Below, one piece after another: positions 48,201 to 60,917 of a stretch of 64,000 bases of DNA. Under the pieces are notes generated by a model. The model was not told the DNA's origin and ran no database searches. It saw nothing but the letters and a program-made list of their open reading frames with translations. Made by a program: the position numbers and the translations under genes. Position 1 is the stretch's first letter. Each line of letters starts with the position of its first letter. Origin of the DNA: Lepidodermella squamata (Eukaryota; Animalia; Gastrotricha). The stretch lies in the NCBI GenBank assembly GCA_047495785.1, contig JBLDXI010000059.1:329601-393600 (forward strand), read 5' to 3'.

Positions 48201-51200
48201 CTACGACTAGTTACTCCGCTAATAACTACTCAAAATTGCACCTGAACAATCTGATCAAAGTAGTAAAATTTCTAGACTGTTTCAGTTGACTATAGAGCTC
48301 AAAAACCGGAAAACTTGACTCGCTCGGCTCGACTCTCCATAGTCAAGTGACTTTTGTCTATATTGTCCACCTTGCCTCTTAGATCGGATATTATAGTGCA
48401 TTCGCAGCCTCCTTAAATAGGCCGAACAAACTGTTGACCCTGATGCATTTTCAAAGTTCAGGTCACAAAGTTACCAGCTCGTTACGATTTTGAATTGTGT
48501 CATAACCACAAAAGTAACAAAAAGGAAGGTCCATTCAGTCCGTTTCGAAGTCAGTAGGTACATGAGTATACAAATAATACCGTATTACTGCGCTTCCACA
48601 CTGCCGGCCACAAAATTCCGAAGGTGAATTCGATGCGTATCGATTTAATGAGGAGTTTCAAAAAATTGAGTTCCATTGGCAAAAGAAAGCTTGAAATTCT
48701 TCAACTTCTTAAAACTCATTAAATCGATGCACATCGAATTCACCTTCTGAATTTTTTGGCCACCCTGTATTAGATATTAAGATTCAGCGTAAAAGTTCCA
48801 CGGTCTTAACTGGGTGTGCCGACAAATGAGTACCGCGTCATTTAAAAAACGATACTTGAGTTCGCGACGTTTGCTCCCAAATTGAAAATAGGGCGACATT
48901 TATCGGGCGCAAATGTGGCGGGCCTAACTCAAGTGCCGCCGGGCGCATCTGTCGTGTATGCCAATTCCGCCCCTGAATATTTAAATTTAGGCGGAAATGT
49001 TGCGTTTTCAAGTGTCGTTTTTAAACTGTTTTATGCTCATTTGCCGGTGCTCAAGTGTTGCGGTACTCATATGTCGTCACACCGATGCGGCGGATCGAAT
49101 GGTTTTATTTGCACCCAGTTGAGGCTATAAACTTGATAATTAGAAGGCAACGCGCGATAACTTGAGGTTTCAGAACTTGGCGATTAGGTTTCAGAAATTA
49201 GTTGACCTTCTGGAAAATTATCAGTTTTTATGAGGTTTGAAGTTTGAATCCTTTAACTGATGATGAACGTAGTATAGCATCGCTCGTCTTTAATTCATAG
49301 TTTTATTTTGAACCAATTATTGAATATCGTCGAAGCGTCTGATTAGCGGTAGTTTGCCTAAAGCGGATTTGAAGCGCGCTCGCTAACAACTAGCCGCGAT
49401 ATCTACCTGCGCTGCTGGTTTTGCGCCGTTAGCAGACGTTCCTTTTGCCGCCGAATGCTAGTTTAATTTGATTTTTTTTGTCGAGTTCATCAATTTGTGT
49501 AAACTTAGTAGCTGCCTGTCTAAGAGGGTTAAACTTCTATTTAATTCTAATATCTAATGGCATGAAATTCCGCACCGATTAAAAACTCGCGAGCCAAACT
49601 TGTTTTATAGTTAACTTGTTTTTCGATAGTTTGAGTAAAAAGATTAGCGCGTACAAGCGCGTACAATGACCTGATGATGGCACCCGCTTGTGCCGAAACG
49701 TCGTCCTCGAGAAATAAAAAAGTTCGACTGTACGCGCTAATCTTTTTACTCAAACTTGTTTTGTTGATCATTTATCAAAGGCGCGCGCTGGTTAGTAAAC
49801 GTATCTTAAACCTTGCAGTAAATTTCTGTTTAAATATTCCCTTCATTCTCCTGTAATAATAATAGTAATAATAATATTGCTCGAGGTCACCACGGGGTCG
49901 TGACTCGGACGTCGTTGTTCGTTGTCAAGTTTTGTTCGCTCCTCTGCGATAGAAAAACCCTCGCCTTTTGCCAGTGTCCCAATAGTAATATACAATATAT
50001 AAACACAACGTGGGCGCACTGTAATACGTAGGTATTGATTTTTTTGGTTAACAAATTATACACAAGTTTTTGACAGATATTGGCACTAGAGCAGATTTGA
50101 GAACCACAGTTGCACTTGGGAGAAACAGAGCTAAAATAGATTGAAGAATTATCACTATTTCACTAACATTGAAAGCGACTTGAATTAAACTGGGCCACGA
50201 TAAGCTAGGGATCTTAAACGTGGCTTGTGCGCTGCGGGTTCGAGTTGTGTGATTTGGTTTTAAAATGGTTTTTATGGCTTCGGATGCTTCTGTCAAGACA
50301 TTTACCGTGAAATCTGAATTAGAGGGCACCCAATCAAGGCCAAACCCCTGCCTTATAAATGAGACCTTCCTTTTATTTCGGCTCTGCCCTCTATAGTTTG
50401 AATTGAACTATTCGCTCTTGCGCACTGCTGTTTTCAAGCTAAAACTTCGTATGTTGTTTATTGCCCCTTGAACGTTATGTTTAGCGTTTACAGCTTGTGA
50501 GCAGACGATTAGCTTTTCAGTAAACGGTCTTACTTGCTGTTTACACCTGTTTCAACTCTTATCTGTTCTTTTACTCTCAAAAATCTTGGAGCTACCACCT
50601 TGTAGTTTGCCCGACATAACGACCCAAGACCCTTCTACTTATAACGAGACTGCCCTCTATTTAGGTTTTGCATTCTAATTCAGATTTTACGGTAAGAAAT
50701 GAAGGGGCTAAGGTAGCATTTCATTTTCCTTCGAGGTCTAACCATTCCAGTTCGGTAAGAAAGAACTAGCATCGGCATGTTCAGGTGCGTTCACAATGAT
50801 TCGCGCCGCGCCGCCTTATCTTGCAGACTGTGTCCTGTTGAGCGACCCGTCATTTGCTTCAGCAATTATTAAGTCTCAATATTGCAAGTGTGAGACAATG
50901 AGCCCGTTGGCCATAGCTTTCAAGCAATTTCGTTCGAGGCCATTTGCACCGATTTTACCATAAAACTGCAAAAAAAATTCGCATTTTTTGCTCGCTTCTC
51001 TCGCCTTATCCTATCTTAATTACCGTATCACCTAGAAGTCCATAGAAGTCCACCCTCGTTTGGTTGCCCATTTTATTTAGTAGCCCAGCTAAATGACGTC
51101 CCATGATACATAAGCCCACTCAAATAGTAGCCCATTTTTGCGATTTTTAGGGTCACCGGGTTTCAATTTGAGGCGATACGGTATTAATCAGTTTCGCCAA

Positions 51201-54200
51201 CTCACTTACCCACAGTTACGTTGTAGCTTTTTTCGTCTTCATTCATTTTACTGATAGTGTGCCAGCCGTGCACGAGGTGTCGAAGACCTTGCTCATATCT
51301 ATGCTTACTATCGCTATCGATAGCCGCGATCCAATGCAATACGCCAGTCATTAGTAATTTCTGCCAATTTCTGCTGAGTGAAATTTCCGAAAGCCAAATT
51401 GTGATGGAGATGAAAATTAAATTTTGTTCAGATGAGCCTCAATTTGAGTTTAGAGACATTTTTCAAATATCCGAAATAATGGCGATAGCATCGAGATGGG
51501 TCGATAATTTGGTTTGGCTTGGTTGCCGATAGGCCGAGACATTGTTTAACCAAAGCCTCTGGAATCTGCTGAAATTAAAAATGCGAATTCAATAAATACT
51601 TCTATTAAAATTGTGAGGCGTGTTAATAGGTTCCACGGTTGCTTGTCCCATAATAGCGAAAAATTGATTTTTTCTGGCTTGTTACAACTATTTTTAATTA
51701 ATATTCATACTATTACTTTTTAAAACACGCGGCCGGTTCTGCGTGCTCCACTCAGGCTAATCGGGACAGCTATATTTACGAACAACTGTGCATAGTAGGT
51801 GTGCTAGGTTTCAATACTGGCCATATTTTTCGAAAATCCAGTGCTAGGGCCTCAACTCAGTATTGGACCCTGAAATTTAGGGCCTGCACTGGGCAAAACT
51901 TTACATGTTATTTCTGAACTCGAGCTTAGCCAAGTCTACTTGATTTTGTCGGTTTATTTTTCAGGCTGCTATTGATGCCGAGGTCAAAGTTTTGTTGAAC
52001 TTGAAAGCCGAGTACGCCAAGGCAGCTGGTAAAGACTGGGCCCCTGCTTCCGGCGCCGACTCTGGCAAACGTCCCGAAAAGCCCAAGGCTGAGGCGAAGA
52101 AACCCGAGGCCAAAAAAGCCGAGCCGAAAAAGGAGGAAGCGAAGCAAGGCGGTGACAAAAAAGTGACCCGTCTCGGCCTTGAGGCGAAAAAGGAAGACGA
52201 TTTCTCCGAGTGGTACTCGCAGGTCATTACCAAGGCCGAACTTATCGAATACTACGACATCTCAGGTTGCTATGTCCTGCGTCCCACTGCCTACGCCATC
52301 TGGGAGCGGATTCAAGCGTTTTTCGACGCGAAGATCAAACAGCTGGGTGTTGAAAACTGCTATTTCCCGCTTTTCGTCTCCAAAGCAGCGTTGGAGCGTG
52401 AGAAGACCCACATTAGCGATTTCGCTCCTGAGGTCGCTTGGGTGACTAAATCCGGCGGTTCAGATCTGGCTGAGCCTATTGCTATCCGTCCGACCTCGGA
52501 AACCGTTATGTACCCGGCTTACGCTCGTTGGGTTCAGAGCTATCGCGATCTGCCAATCCGCCTTAACCAATGGTGTTCCGTCGTTCGGTGGGAGTTCAAA
52601 AATCCCCAGCCGTTCATTCGAACTCGCGAATTTTTGTGGCAGGAGGGCCATTCGGCTTTCGCGACTCTCGAGGAGGCGAAGAAGGAAGTTTTCGACATTC
52701 TGGACTTGTACGCACAAGTCTATGAGAACCTTCTCGCAATTCCTGTCGTTAAGGGCAAGAAGACGTTGAAGGAGCGTTTTGCTGGCGCTGATTTTACTAC
52801 CACGACTGAGCTGTATATTCCGATGTCCGGCCGTGGTCTGCAGGGTGCAACTTCTCACCATCTCGGCCAGAACTTCTCGAAAATGTTCGGCATCGAGTTT
52901 GAAGATCCTGAAAACCCGTCAAAGAAGGCGTATGCCTACCAGAATTCATGGGGTCTGTCCACCCGATCAATCGGCGCCCTTGTTATGATTCACGGCGATA
53001 ACAACGGCATGATTTTGCCTCCTCGTGTTGCTATCAGCCAGGTAATTAAATGCTCCAAAATTTAAGAAAAATTATTAATTTGGTTTTTATAGGTGGTTAT
53101 TGTTCCTGTTGGGATTACTGCTAACACCACCGAAGCCGAAAAGACCGAACTGTACAGCGCGGCTAACAAGCTGGCCGATCAACTGATCGCCGCTGGTGTT
53201 CGTGTCAAGACCGATTTGCGCGATAACGTGACGCCCGGCTGGAAATTCAATCACTGGGAACTCAAGGGCATTCCGATCCGCATCGAAGTCGGCCCGCGCG
53301 AGTTGAAAACCGGCGACTACGTCTTGGTTCGTCGTGATACCGGCGAAAAGGCAACCCACAAGCTCGCCGAGGCTGCGACGACTGTCAACGGTGTTCTCGA
53401 GGCTATCCACAAGCACCTCTATGATAAGTAAGTTCAGTCCGATATCTCAGTTTTCCGCTTCTAAGGTGTAATTTTTCAAATCTGATTGAAATGGGGTTGG
53501 TTGCTATCGTGAGATTTCGATTCCGCTTTCAAAATCAATGAAGAAATTGGAATCGAACGTGAACTGAAAATTTTTCAAATATTTGTTTGCATTATGGCCG
53601 ATTAACTAAGTTAGCTGTTGCCTGACTACGGAAACAGGGTCAGATATACGCATAGGCACAGTAGGCACGCGCCCACGGGCCGCCAGAATCTTGAACATGT
53701 CGAAGTTCTCCTTCAATTGTTCTTTAGTCCCAAGCGTGTATCAAGTGGATGTTAAAATTAGATGATATCTGCCATCGATTAAAGCATTTATTGTGATGCA
53801 GAGATCTGCAACAGTTCTCAAATTCGAATTTCAAAACTATTAGTTGAGCCCATCTCATAGCTTTTTGAGATTTATATATTGCTGTTGATCCTATCTCGGA
53901 AAGCAGTTCTGCATTTTTATGCATCCTGCGTTGGCATCCTGCATTTGTATTCACAAGTCACAAGTCGATGAGTCAAGTTTACGAGGGGAAGCATTTTCTA
54001 AATTAGGCTCAAAGCGATTGATCTAAAATTATTAGAGCACAGCATCTAATTTTCAGGGACTGAATAATTCGAGCTTTTTCACCTCATTACAATCAATTTT
54101 TTCATTTGAATATTACCATCTCACAGAGCGAAGAAGATTTAGTATCATCGTTGCAAATAGCAATGCGAAAGTGCACATTTTCAATGCTCGCGTTTTTGCT

Positions 54201-57200
54201 AAGAATTACTTGTGTGTGCTTTTTATTAAGGGCAATGTTTTTCACTCGTCGCCCGATAATTCAATCATATACATTATACACGGTGGGGATGGGGCACGAG
54301 CCCAACCCGGAAGCAGTGCTTTGCCTATCTGCGCTCAGATCGCTCCATATACTACTGCCCGTACGCAACGTTTATGCGAAATCGGAGTAATTTCAACAAA
54401 TACTGCATGACTGGACACGGGCAAGCGCGGGTGAACGCCAATGAATTGTTGTGCGCACTTTGATACTCGAGCGCGAAGAGCGATTATAACAAGCTAAGTT
54501 AAAGACGAGGTCAACACTATTGTCAGATTCATATACCTTGGTTATTTTTTCTCTATTTAGCGACTGGGCTTGGGAATTTTTTTAGGCGTTATCATTCCTT
54601 TCAAAGTCGTGATTCTAAAACTAGGGCGGATTCGTCTGGTGCAGGTGCTTATCAGCGTGACGCTGATGCACTAGCAAGAAATGCCACGCGCCACGCGCTA
54701 AGAAACCGCGATGCCTCGCAGCAAAAGTGGCCAAAATCTCACTTCTCATTTTTCTCTTCATTATGAAACGAAAGCAAGCAACTTGGTAATTCAATGAGTA
54801 GGAATTATTTTGACTTTGGATTGAGGCACGACTCGTAGCTCTGAAACCATACACGGGCATATAACATACCCGAGTGCGACTATTCGTCTGGCGCGTAGAG
54901 CATGCGCACTTCGCTCTGTTGTTCTCTCCGCCGCTTTCGGGTGGACACTTGCGCATGCCCGTGTTCACTCATGCGTCTTGCGTAATTTGTTGAATTCAAT
55001 TGATTTAATATAACACACCGAATTTATGAACAGTTTTGCGAACATTTTAACTGTTCGGCCTAATAACGATTTTTCGCCGCAAGGAAGCGTTTGTTCGTCC
55101 AAAATATTGCTTAAGGCTGGTTCACAAAGTCCTAAAAACAGAAATGTTCGTGAACATTTCCAAATGTTCATGAACATTGCAAAAAGTTCATGAACATTCG
55201 AAAATGTTCATGAACATCACGACCCATGTTCATGAACATTTTATGATGTTTATGAACATTTTCGACTTGTTCAAATTTCATTCACAAATGCGCGAGTGTG
55301 CGCGGCTTGCGATCAAACGAGGTTGCGCAATATCGCGAACATGCGCGCACATTTGTTCATGAATTTTGTTCAGATTTACCGTTCCCACGGTACGTGAACA
55401 TGGGCGCGGAGCGAAAATGTTCATGAACATGAGCGCTACCATGGAAACGCGCCAATCACGAGCAACCCATGGTGATGTTCGACTGCTGCTCTTTGTGAAT
55501 GGAAACGCAAAAATAGCCCTGTAATAATATGAAATTGCGCCATTTTGATTACATGTTACGCATTCAAATCGTGGGAGAAAAATACATGAACATTTCAGAA
55601 AATTCATGAACATTTGGAAAATATCGTCAACATTTGAAAATGTTCATGAATCATGAACAGAGGGGGACTTTGTGACCAGGCCTTTATTTGGCGAACATTT
55701 TCAATTTGTGAATCCAGCTTAAACGTTGAGTATTGGTGGCATTTGAGTGGCCCGAGTGTGGACAGACATGACACTGTTACCCCGTCGGGCTCGGGTATGC
55801 CTGAGCGCGTTCGAGCGAAAAGACGCATCACTACCACTTCGACTTTGAGACGCCTGGCCTTCAGCCAACTCCGCCTTGCGGCGACGCTGGGCCTCGTCCT
55901 TGACCACAGGGCACCCGCTAAAAAACGCAGAGTGCGGACCGCCACAACGTGCACACTGATGCGACATGCCATCACATGGGCTTTTATGACGACCAAAATC
56001 GCCACACCTGGAGCATCTGATGTTTGCTCCACAATGCGCAGTGAAATGCCCAACGCGCAGACAGCCGATGCAGATTTCCACCTCGGGTGCCGAATGCCTT
56101 AATGCGCAACCCAAAAAAGTTACGTCCATACGATACCACTTGCTCACAAATAATAACTTATTTACACAAAACGCCAAAACAACAGACCATCCTTCTAGAA
56201 TATCATCCACTGAAACGCCGCGAAACAGCCTTACGCCGCTCTACAACCTGCGTCCTTTGCGGCTGTTCGAGTTTCGACGGCCGATACGACGGCTAAAATA
56301 GGAATCGTTACAATCTCCGCACTTGTTTCAATGCTGTCCTACTAGGCTATGTTAGGCTAGTTTCACTCGCCTTCCGCATCTAGACTCAGCTTCGCCTCGT
56401 TTTCATTACGAATTGTTGTCCTGTTTGGTTTGCCCCTCAGCGTTTTGTGCGTGCATTGATATTACAATTATTGATGTCCGCAAAAATTGGTGCTCAATGT
56501 CTTAAACATGAGAATTACCTAATAACCAGCCGAAGACTTGATCACATCTAACGACTTTCAAATTTTTGAGCATGAGTATTGAGCATTGCGCATTGTTCAG
56601 CACGGGATAAAGCGCAGCAGCAACAGCGCATAAGCTCCGATGTCGATTTTCGATTTCGTCAATTCTGATTTCAACTATTGATAGATCCATTAGCGTTGGA
56701 ATCGACGAAGCTCTTGAATTGTTTCATGACGAGCGCGAGATGGCGAATAACGCCATGGGTTGAATTCCATCGCATGATCATGCAATCGTCTTATTGCAAT
56801 GGCAACTGAAAATAGCTGATAAATAGTCAATTTTTATACCGTTCGATTTCTCTCCGATATTTCTTAGCTTTTTTGACTGAACCATTTTGATAGTTTTTGA
56901 GTTGAAAAAAGCAAAACATAACTTACCGCGCACTTCACGCATCGAAACTAGGCATGCATTTTTCAATTCTTATAGGTTGAGCAATAGGCTAAGCTATACC
57001 ATTCAACCTCCAATACCTGTTAATCAATACTCAATAAGTACTGAAGTTAATTAGTGCGAAGGCCTTTTCCGACCTAACTTTTCCGAGGATCAAGGATCAA
57101 CAGACAACCGTTACGCAGTGAGCATTCGTGAAGGGACTGCTGATCCCAAGCTGGCGGGCCCTTAAAATTTGACTAAGTTGGGCTTTTTAGACTTCAACTG

Positions 57201-57807
57201 TTCTTAAACGAGCTTCACATATTATTTTACAAAAGGGAATGCAAGCCTACCCTTGAATCCGAGCTGAATTATGTGGGAAACCTGTTGTGAGGAATTGGCT
57301 CCGCCGGTGTGTTTCAAGTTTTTTTCTTAACATTTCCAGCTAGCGGCATGAGGCGCAATGTTATAAACTGATGCTAAAAAGCTTTATTTATAACAAATCG
57401 ACTAACTGAAAAACGGGTTCAGGGCGTATTGAAATCAAAGAATCAAGCATTTTCAACTCCTTTTTTACTTGTTAACAGTCGTTTAATGATTATCAATTAT
57501 TTTTAGGGCGAAAGCGGCTCGCGATTCGCACACTGTGACTTGCACCGAGTGGTCAGACTTCGTGGCTGGACTCGCGCAACGCAAAGTCATCCTCGCCCCA
57601 TTCTGCGGTGCTGTTTCCTGCGAAGAGACAATCAAGGACGAGAGCGCGAAACAGGCGGCTGCGGGTGACGGCACCCTGTCGATGGGCGCCAAGAGCTTGT
57701 GCATTCCCTTCGAACAGTCGCAGCTGCCGGCCAACGCCAAGTGCATCAACCCGCACTGCACATCGGCGCCCAAGGAAGGATTCACACTGTTCGGCCGCAG
57801 CTATTAG
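36227..57807 (+). CDS. EPRS: Bifunctional glutamyl-prolyl-tRNA synthetase. Exons 36227-36360, 36413-36509, 45173-45335, 45399-47091, 47359-47593, 47746-47997, 51965-53041, 53093-53427, 57507-57807
   Basis: GST-like N-terminus (HITE|VEHWLNF), [19 protein letters not shown], two WHEP domains, ProRS ([28 protein letters not shown]), C-terminal FGRSY; all junctions GT-AG and in phase. The first two exons are somewhat less certain. Confidence 0.93.
37325..39830 (-). pseudogene. pogo/Tigger-type DDE transposase relic followed by an OTU-like domain
   Basis: [58 protein letters not shown]; then [17 protein letters not shown] ... LVKQIR ... [12 protein letters not shown] ... [12 protein letters not shown]. 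Confidence 0.7.
37837..38996. mobile_element. Merlin-like non-autonomous element splitting the OTU-like domain
   Basis: GG termini, inverted arrays of ~21-bp CATCAGC/GCTGATG units, 8-bp TSD gggtgaaa (37829-37836, 38997-39004). Confidence 0.65.
40659..40789. mobile_element. Foldback MITE (CCCAG...CTGGG)
   Basis: Near-perfect 131-bp palindrome cccagaccggcatc...gatgccggtctggg. Confidence 0.7.
40812..42293. mobile_element. ~270-bp MITE with ~75-bp TIRs, hosting the Tc1 insertion
   Basis: cattatgtgaccac...gcgggcgattcaaa / tttgaatcgcccgc...gtggtcacataatg. Confidence 0.75.
40936..42143 (-). mobile_element. Tc1-family transposon, internally deleted and frameshifted transposase (41098-41984)
   Basis: 27-bp perfect TIR cactatctggacaaaaagattggcaca, TA TSD; [52 protein letters not shown]. 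Confidence 0.92.
42525..44527 (-). mobile_element. Mutator (MULE) relic with transposase fragment (43064-43500) and a Pro-rich ORF (43545-44195)
   Basis: [41 protein letters not shown]; terminal CCGCACA/TGTGCGG repeat arrays in inverted orientation. Confidence 0.7.
48599..48767. mobile_element. Tc1/mariner-type foldback MITE
   Basis: Inverted arms gaaggtgaattcgatg..atcgatttaatgag / ctcattaaatcgat..catcgaattcaccttc; right end ggccaccctg-TA. Confidence 0.7.
49668..49705 (+). ncRNA. Minimal type I hammerhead ribozyme of Penelope-like element type
   Basis: gac-CTGATGA-t-ggcac(ccgctt)gtgcc-GAAA-cg-tc-gtc, followed by AATAAA. Confidence 0.75.
50305..50692. mobile_element. pogo/Tigger-like MITE
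   Basis: TIR ccgtgaaatctgaattaga / tctaattcagattttacgg, TA TSD. Confidence 0.7.
51023..51181. mobile_element. Short pogo/Tigger-like MITE
   Basis: ta|ccgtatcacct ... aggcgatacgg|ta. Confidence 0.55.
55115..55682. mobile_element. PIF/Harbinger-like MITE with arrays of palindromic GTTCATGAAC
   Basis: ggctggttcacaaagtcc / ggactttgtgaccaggcc termini; about 10 exact or degenerate ATGTTCATGAACAT units. Confidence 0.6.
55719..56100 (-). pseudogene. Non-LTR retrotransposon ORF1 zinc-knuckle fragment
   Basis: [44 protein letters not shown]. Confidence 0.7.
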
Positions 57808-58184
57808 ACGCATCTAACATTATGACTGCCTACTAAGAAGCGACAACATAGGTCTTATTTCGTGAGAGTTGTTAAAGTTGATAGTATGGTATATTGCTGC
57901 GTGTGGTTGAGCGCACCTTAAAAATATTATTTGCGCATATTTACTTGAGCCATGATTTATTCCAGAGTTATTTGGGATCATGGCGATCTACCCAGTGTTT
58001 GATTGGCTTTAATTCATGACCGTCAACTCTTGTGTTGATCGCTTTTGTGCACCAACTTATGAAGGGCTTCGTCGATATCTTTGAGTTGCAAAAAATAAAA
58101 CAAGATATGTAAATGATTTTTCGATTTATTAATGCATCGATTGTGATCAGGGGTGATCAAGTCAAGAAACGAGAGGCAAGTCAT

Positions 58185-58877
58185 TTATTCGCAGTAATTG
58201 CAGCTTTGTTTGCACCACCAGTAGCCGAGGCGTTTTATGCTGGAGAAATCCTGACGCGGATCAGTGCGGTCCAACGACTGAAGCTCTGGTGCTTGGCAGA
58301 ATGTCACACCCTGTTCTTCAATCCACTTCGTACAGACATCGTGCTCACCAGACTCACCATAAGAAGCAGCATCTTCGCATTGACCTAAAAATATTTAATA
58401 AGAACTGCCTTGGGAGTATTCATTTTATTCATATACCTTGAAATGCCTCTTGAATAGTTTTTTGCTCGAGCCAGAACTCTAGCAACTCACCTGATGGTGT
58501 ATTCGTGGGCGGCGGCTCTTTCAAAATCTCACTGGTTTCCACTAGATTTGCATGGGTGATGTTGAGCTCACGGCCCGGAAACACGCATCCAAAGCAGTGC
58601 TTCGGGCAGTTGAACCAGATGTTATCGAGCAACTTGTAGACAATCGATCCATCGGGACGGCGGTAGTTGCAGCGATTACCTGGAAAACTTTTCATCAAAT
58701 AGCAATTGAAATGTCGAAAATTTGATTACTAGCGGTGTCATTCTCCTGAGTACACCATTCTGAATCTTCATTGGGACAAGCCTCGGTAAAAATTAGCTCG
58801 ACTTGCTCGCCCTCGGCATAGGATCCGGCCGCGTCAAGAAATAGAAACAGCGCAATCACCAGTAAATATCGCATCAT
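58185..58877 (-). CDS. Secreted double ShK-like cysteine-rich protein A. Exons 58877-58730, 58679-58437, 58384-58185
   Basis: Signal peptide MMRYLLVIALFLFLDAAGSYA; CP..WC..C..NCPKHCFGC; CEDAA..CTKW..C..WWCKQSCNYC; GT-AG in phase. Confidence 0.75.
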
Positions 58878-59226
58878 GTTTGCCAGCAATCTCGGAAAAT
58901 GAGCGGCAGCGCGCCAGAACCGAGGCGCTAAGGAGGTTTCCGGGGGGTAATAAAACCCTTTTTATTACACGCACGTTGTTTTATTACCTTTTTGATTTGT
59001 GGGCGCACTCGCTCATTTGACAGGTTCAGCAAACGTGCGGGCACCAAGCGCGTTTTGATCGAAGAGGGTAAAACAGAATACTTCCACATGATAAAATTTA
59101 TTTCAGACAATAAATGATATTTACAAGCGTGTCAAATCGGCTACTTTGATGTTTCGGGTGCGACGAATGATTTCATGCATTCACAATTTATTAAGCTATG
59201 TTGATGACGTAAAGGGTGAAAAGAGA

Positions 59227-60104
59227 TTAAAAGCTGAAAAAGTGGTGGCTGATGACGTCCTTTTGGCGAGAGCACAGCTGGCAGGTCTCACGACACCACC
59301 AATGCATGCCGTCCTTTAGGTTAGGCGGCAAGTTGTACGTAGCGATCGCGTCAGCGTTATTAGGCGTAACGATATCTTGGCAATGCTTGTATTCGGTTCC
59401 GTCCGAACGCGTCGACGTAGCAGCAACGAACTCAGTTGTCTTCAATTCGTCCTTCCACTTCTCGCAAATAGTCGAATTAGAGGCCTCGTCGACGTATTCG
59501 TCCTGCGCAGCATCCTCCGCATTTTCGCACACTAAACATAAAATTAAGTTTGAAAACAATTCTTCCATTATTATTCAGTAATTACCGAACAAATGCTCCA
59601 AAACCGCATTGACTTCCAGCCACCTGTCGATATCAACATCAGCAGAGTGCTGAGCGACTTTCCCGATAAGCGAGCTATCGGTGATTCGGTTATTCACTGA
59701 AGAAAAGGGAAACATAAAAATATTGTCCGTTTTATTGGGAATAAATTACAAAATTTCTCCGAATCGCTGATGACGCTAGCTGGAACTTTCGGGTTTTTAT
59801 GAAGATCGCAATTGAAGCAAGTTTTAGCGCAGTTGTGCCACAAGTTCTCCAACAACTTGAAAACAATGGTTTTCTTCTCCGAGGATGAGCTCATCGAACG
59901 GTAAAAACCATCGCATCCGCGCCGCTCGCTCGTCGTACTTTCCAAATATCGGCACCAATCCACTACACTAGCATTATCTTCACACGTATTGCCTGCTGCC
60001 GGCTTCTCTTCCTTCGCAGCGCCTTCGACCTCTACTTCTTGAGCGAAAATCGAAGTCAGACCGGAGATGAGGATGAGACACCACAGACCACACAGTCGCG
60101 GCAT
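59227..60104 (-). CDS. Secreted double ShK-like cysteine-rich protein B. Exons 60104-59750, 59696-59586, 59531-59227
   Basis: Signal peptide MPRLCGLWCLILISGLTSIFA; CED..WC..C..NCAKTCFNC; C..CEKW..C..WWCRETCQLC; GT-AG in phase. Confidence 0.75.
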
Positions 60105-60871
60105 CGTGTTGTAGTTTTCCTGAATACCAACTCGGGGCGAAAGAAAATGAAGGAGCGAGTAATATACGCTGCAGCGCGGGCCTAATATTCGCGTTAATGG
60201 CGTGGCTTTTTCGCCGAAGAGGAATGTTTTATGGCTGCGCGCGGCAGCATCGCAACTCCGTGCGCTTCCCGATCGCGGCCAACATTTTTATTGCCTCGGG
60301 TGTTCGCTTCATTTGACAGGCGCGGGTATAATTAACCGCAAATGTCAAGTGAGTAAGCTCATAAAAAATCTACCGATTCTACATCTCTTCCTCTTCCTTC
60401 TTTCTCTATTCTTCCTTCTCTTCTCCTTCTTCTCCTCTCTCTCTTCCCATTCTTCTTCCTTCTCTCTTCCTTCTTATCTTTCTTAATCTTCCTTTTATAG
60501 ACGAATTCTGGCGTTTTGAGTCGCTGACGCGAGCCAATCACAATTCGACACATTTCAATTTGGAAATTATTGAGGCTCATTTTTCACTATTTTGTTTGCT
60601 GTTTGTCTGTAGCACACAGCGATTTTATTGTTGCACACACGTGTAATAAAAATTTGTATGTGTGTGTTTGCGTTTGCAAAACGCATACCTAACAGCAAAT
60701 GATGACTACCTATAATAAAAGCGTAAAACAAAATGAGAACGCTTATCCATCCATCTTCCTCAAATAAAACAACATTAGGGACAAGGCGAGGGCGCAGAAT
60801 GTTAATAGAATGACAGATACTGACTAAAACAAATTTAAAAGGTGACGGTTTAATATTTTTCAACTGGGCGC

Positions 60872-60872
60872 C

Positions 60873-60915
<43 letters not shown>
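60872..60915. repeat. (AAC)n microsatellite
   Basis: Direct reading. Confidence 0.9.
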
Positions 60916-60917
<2 letters not shown>

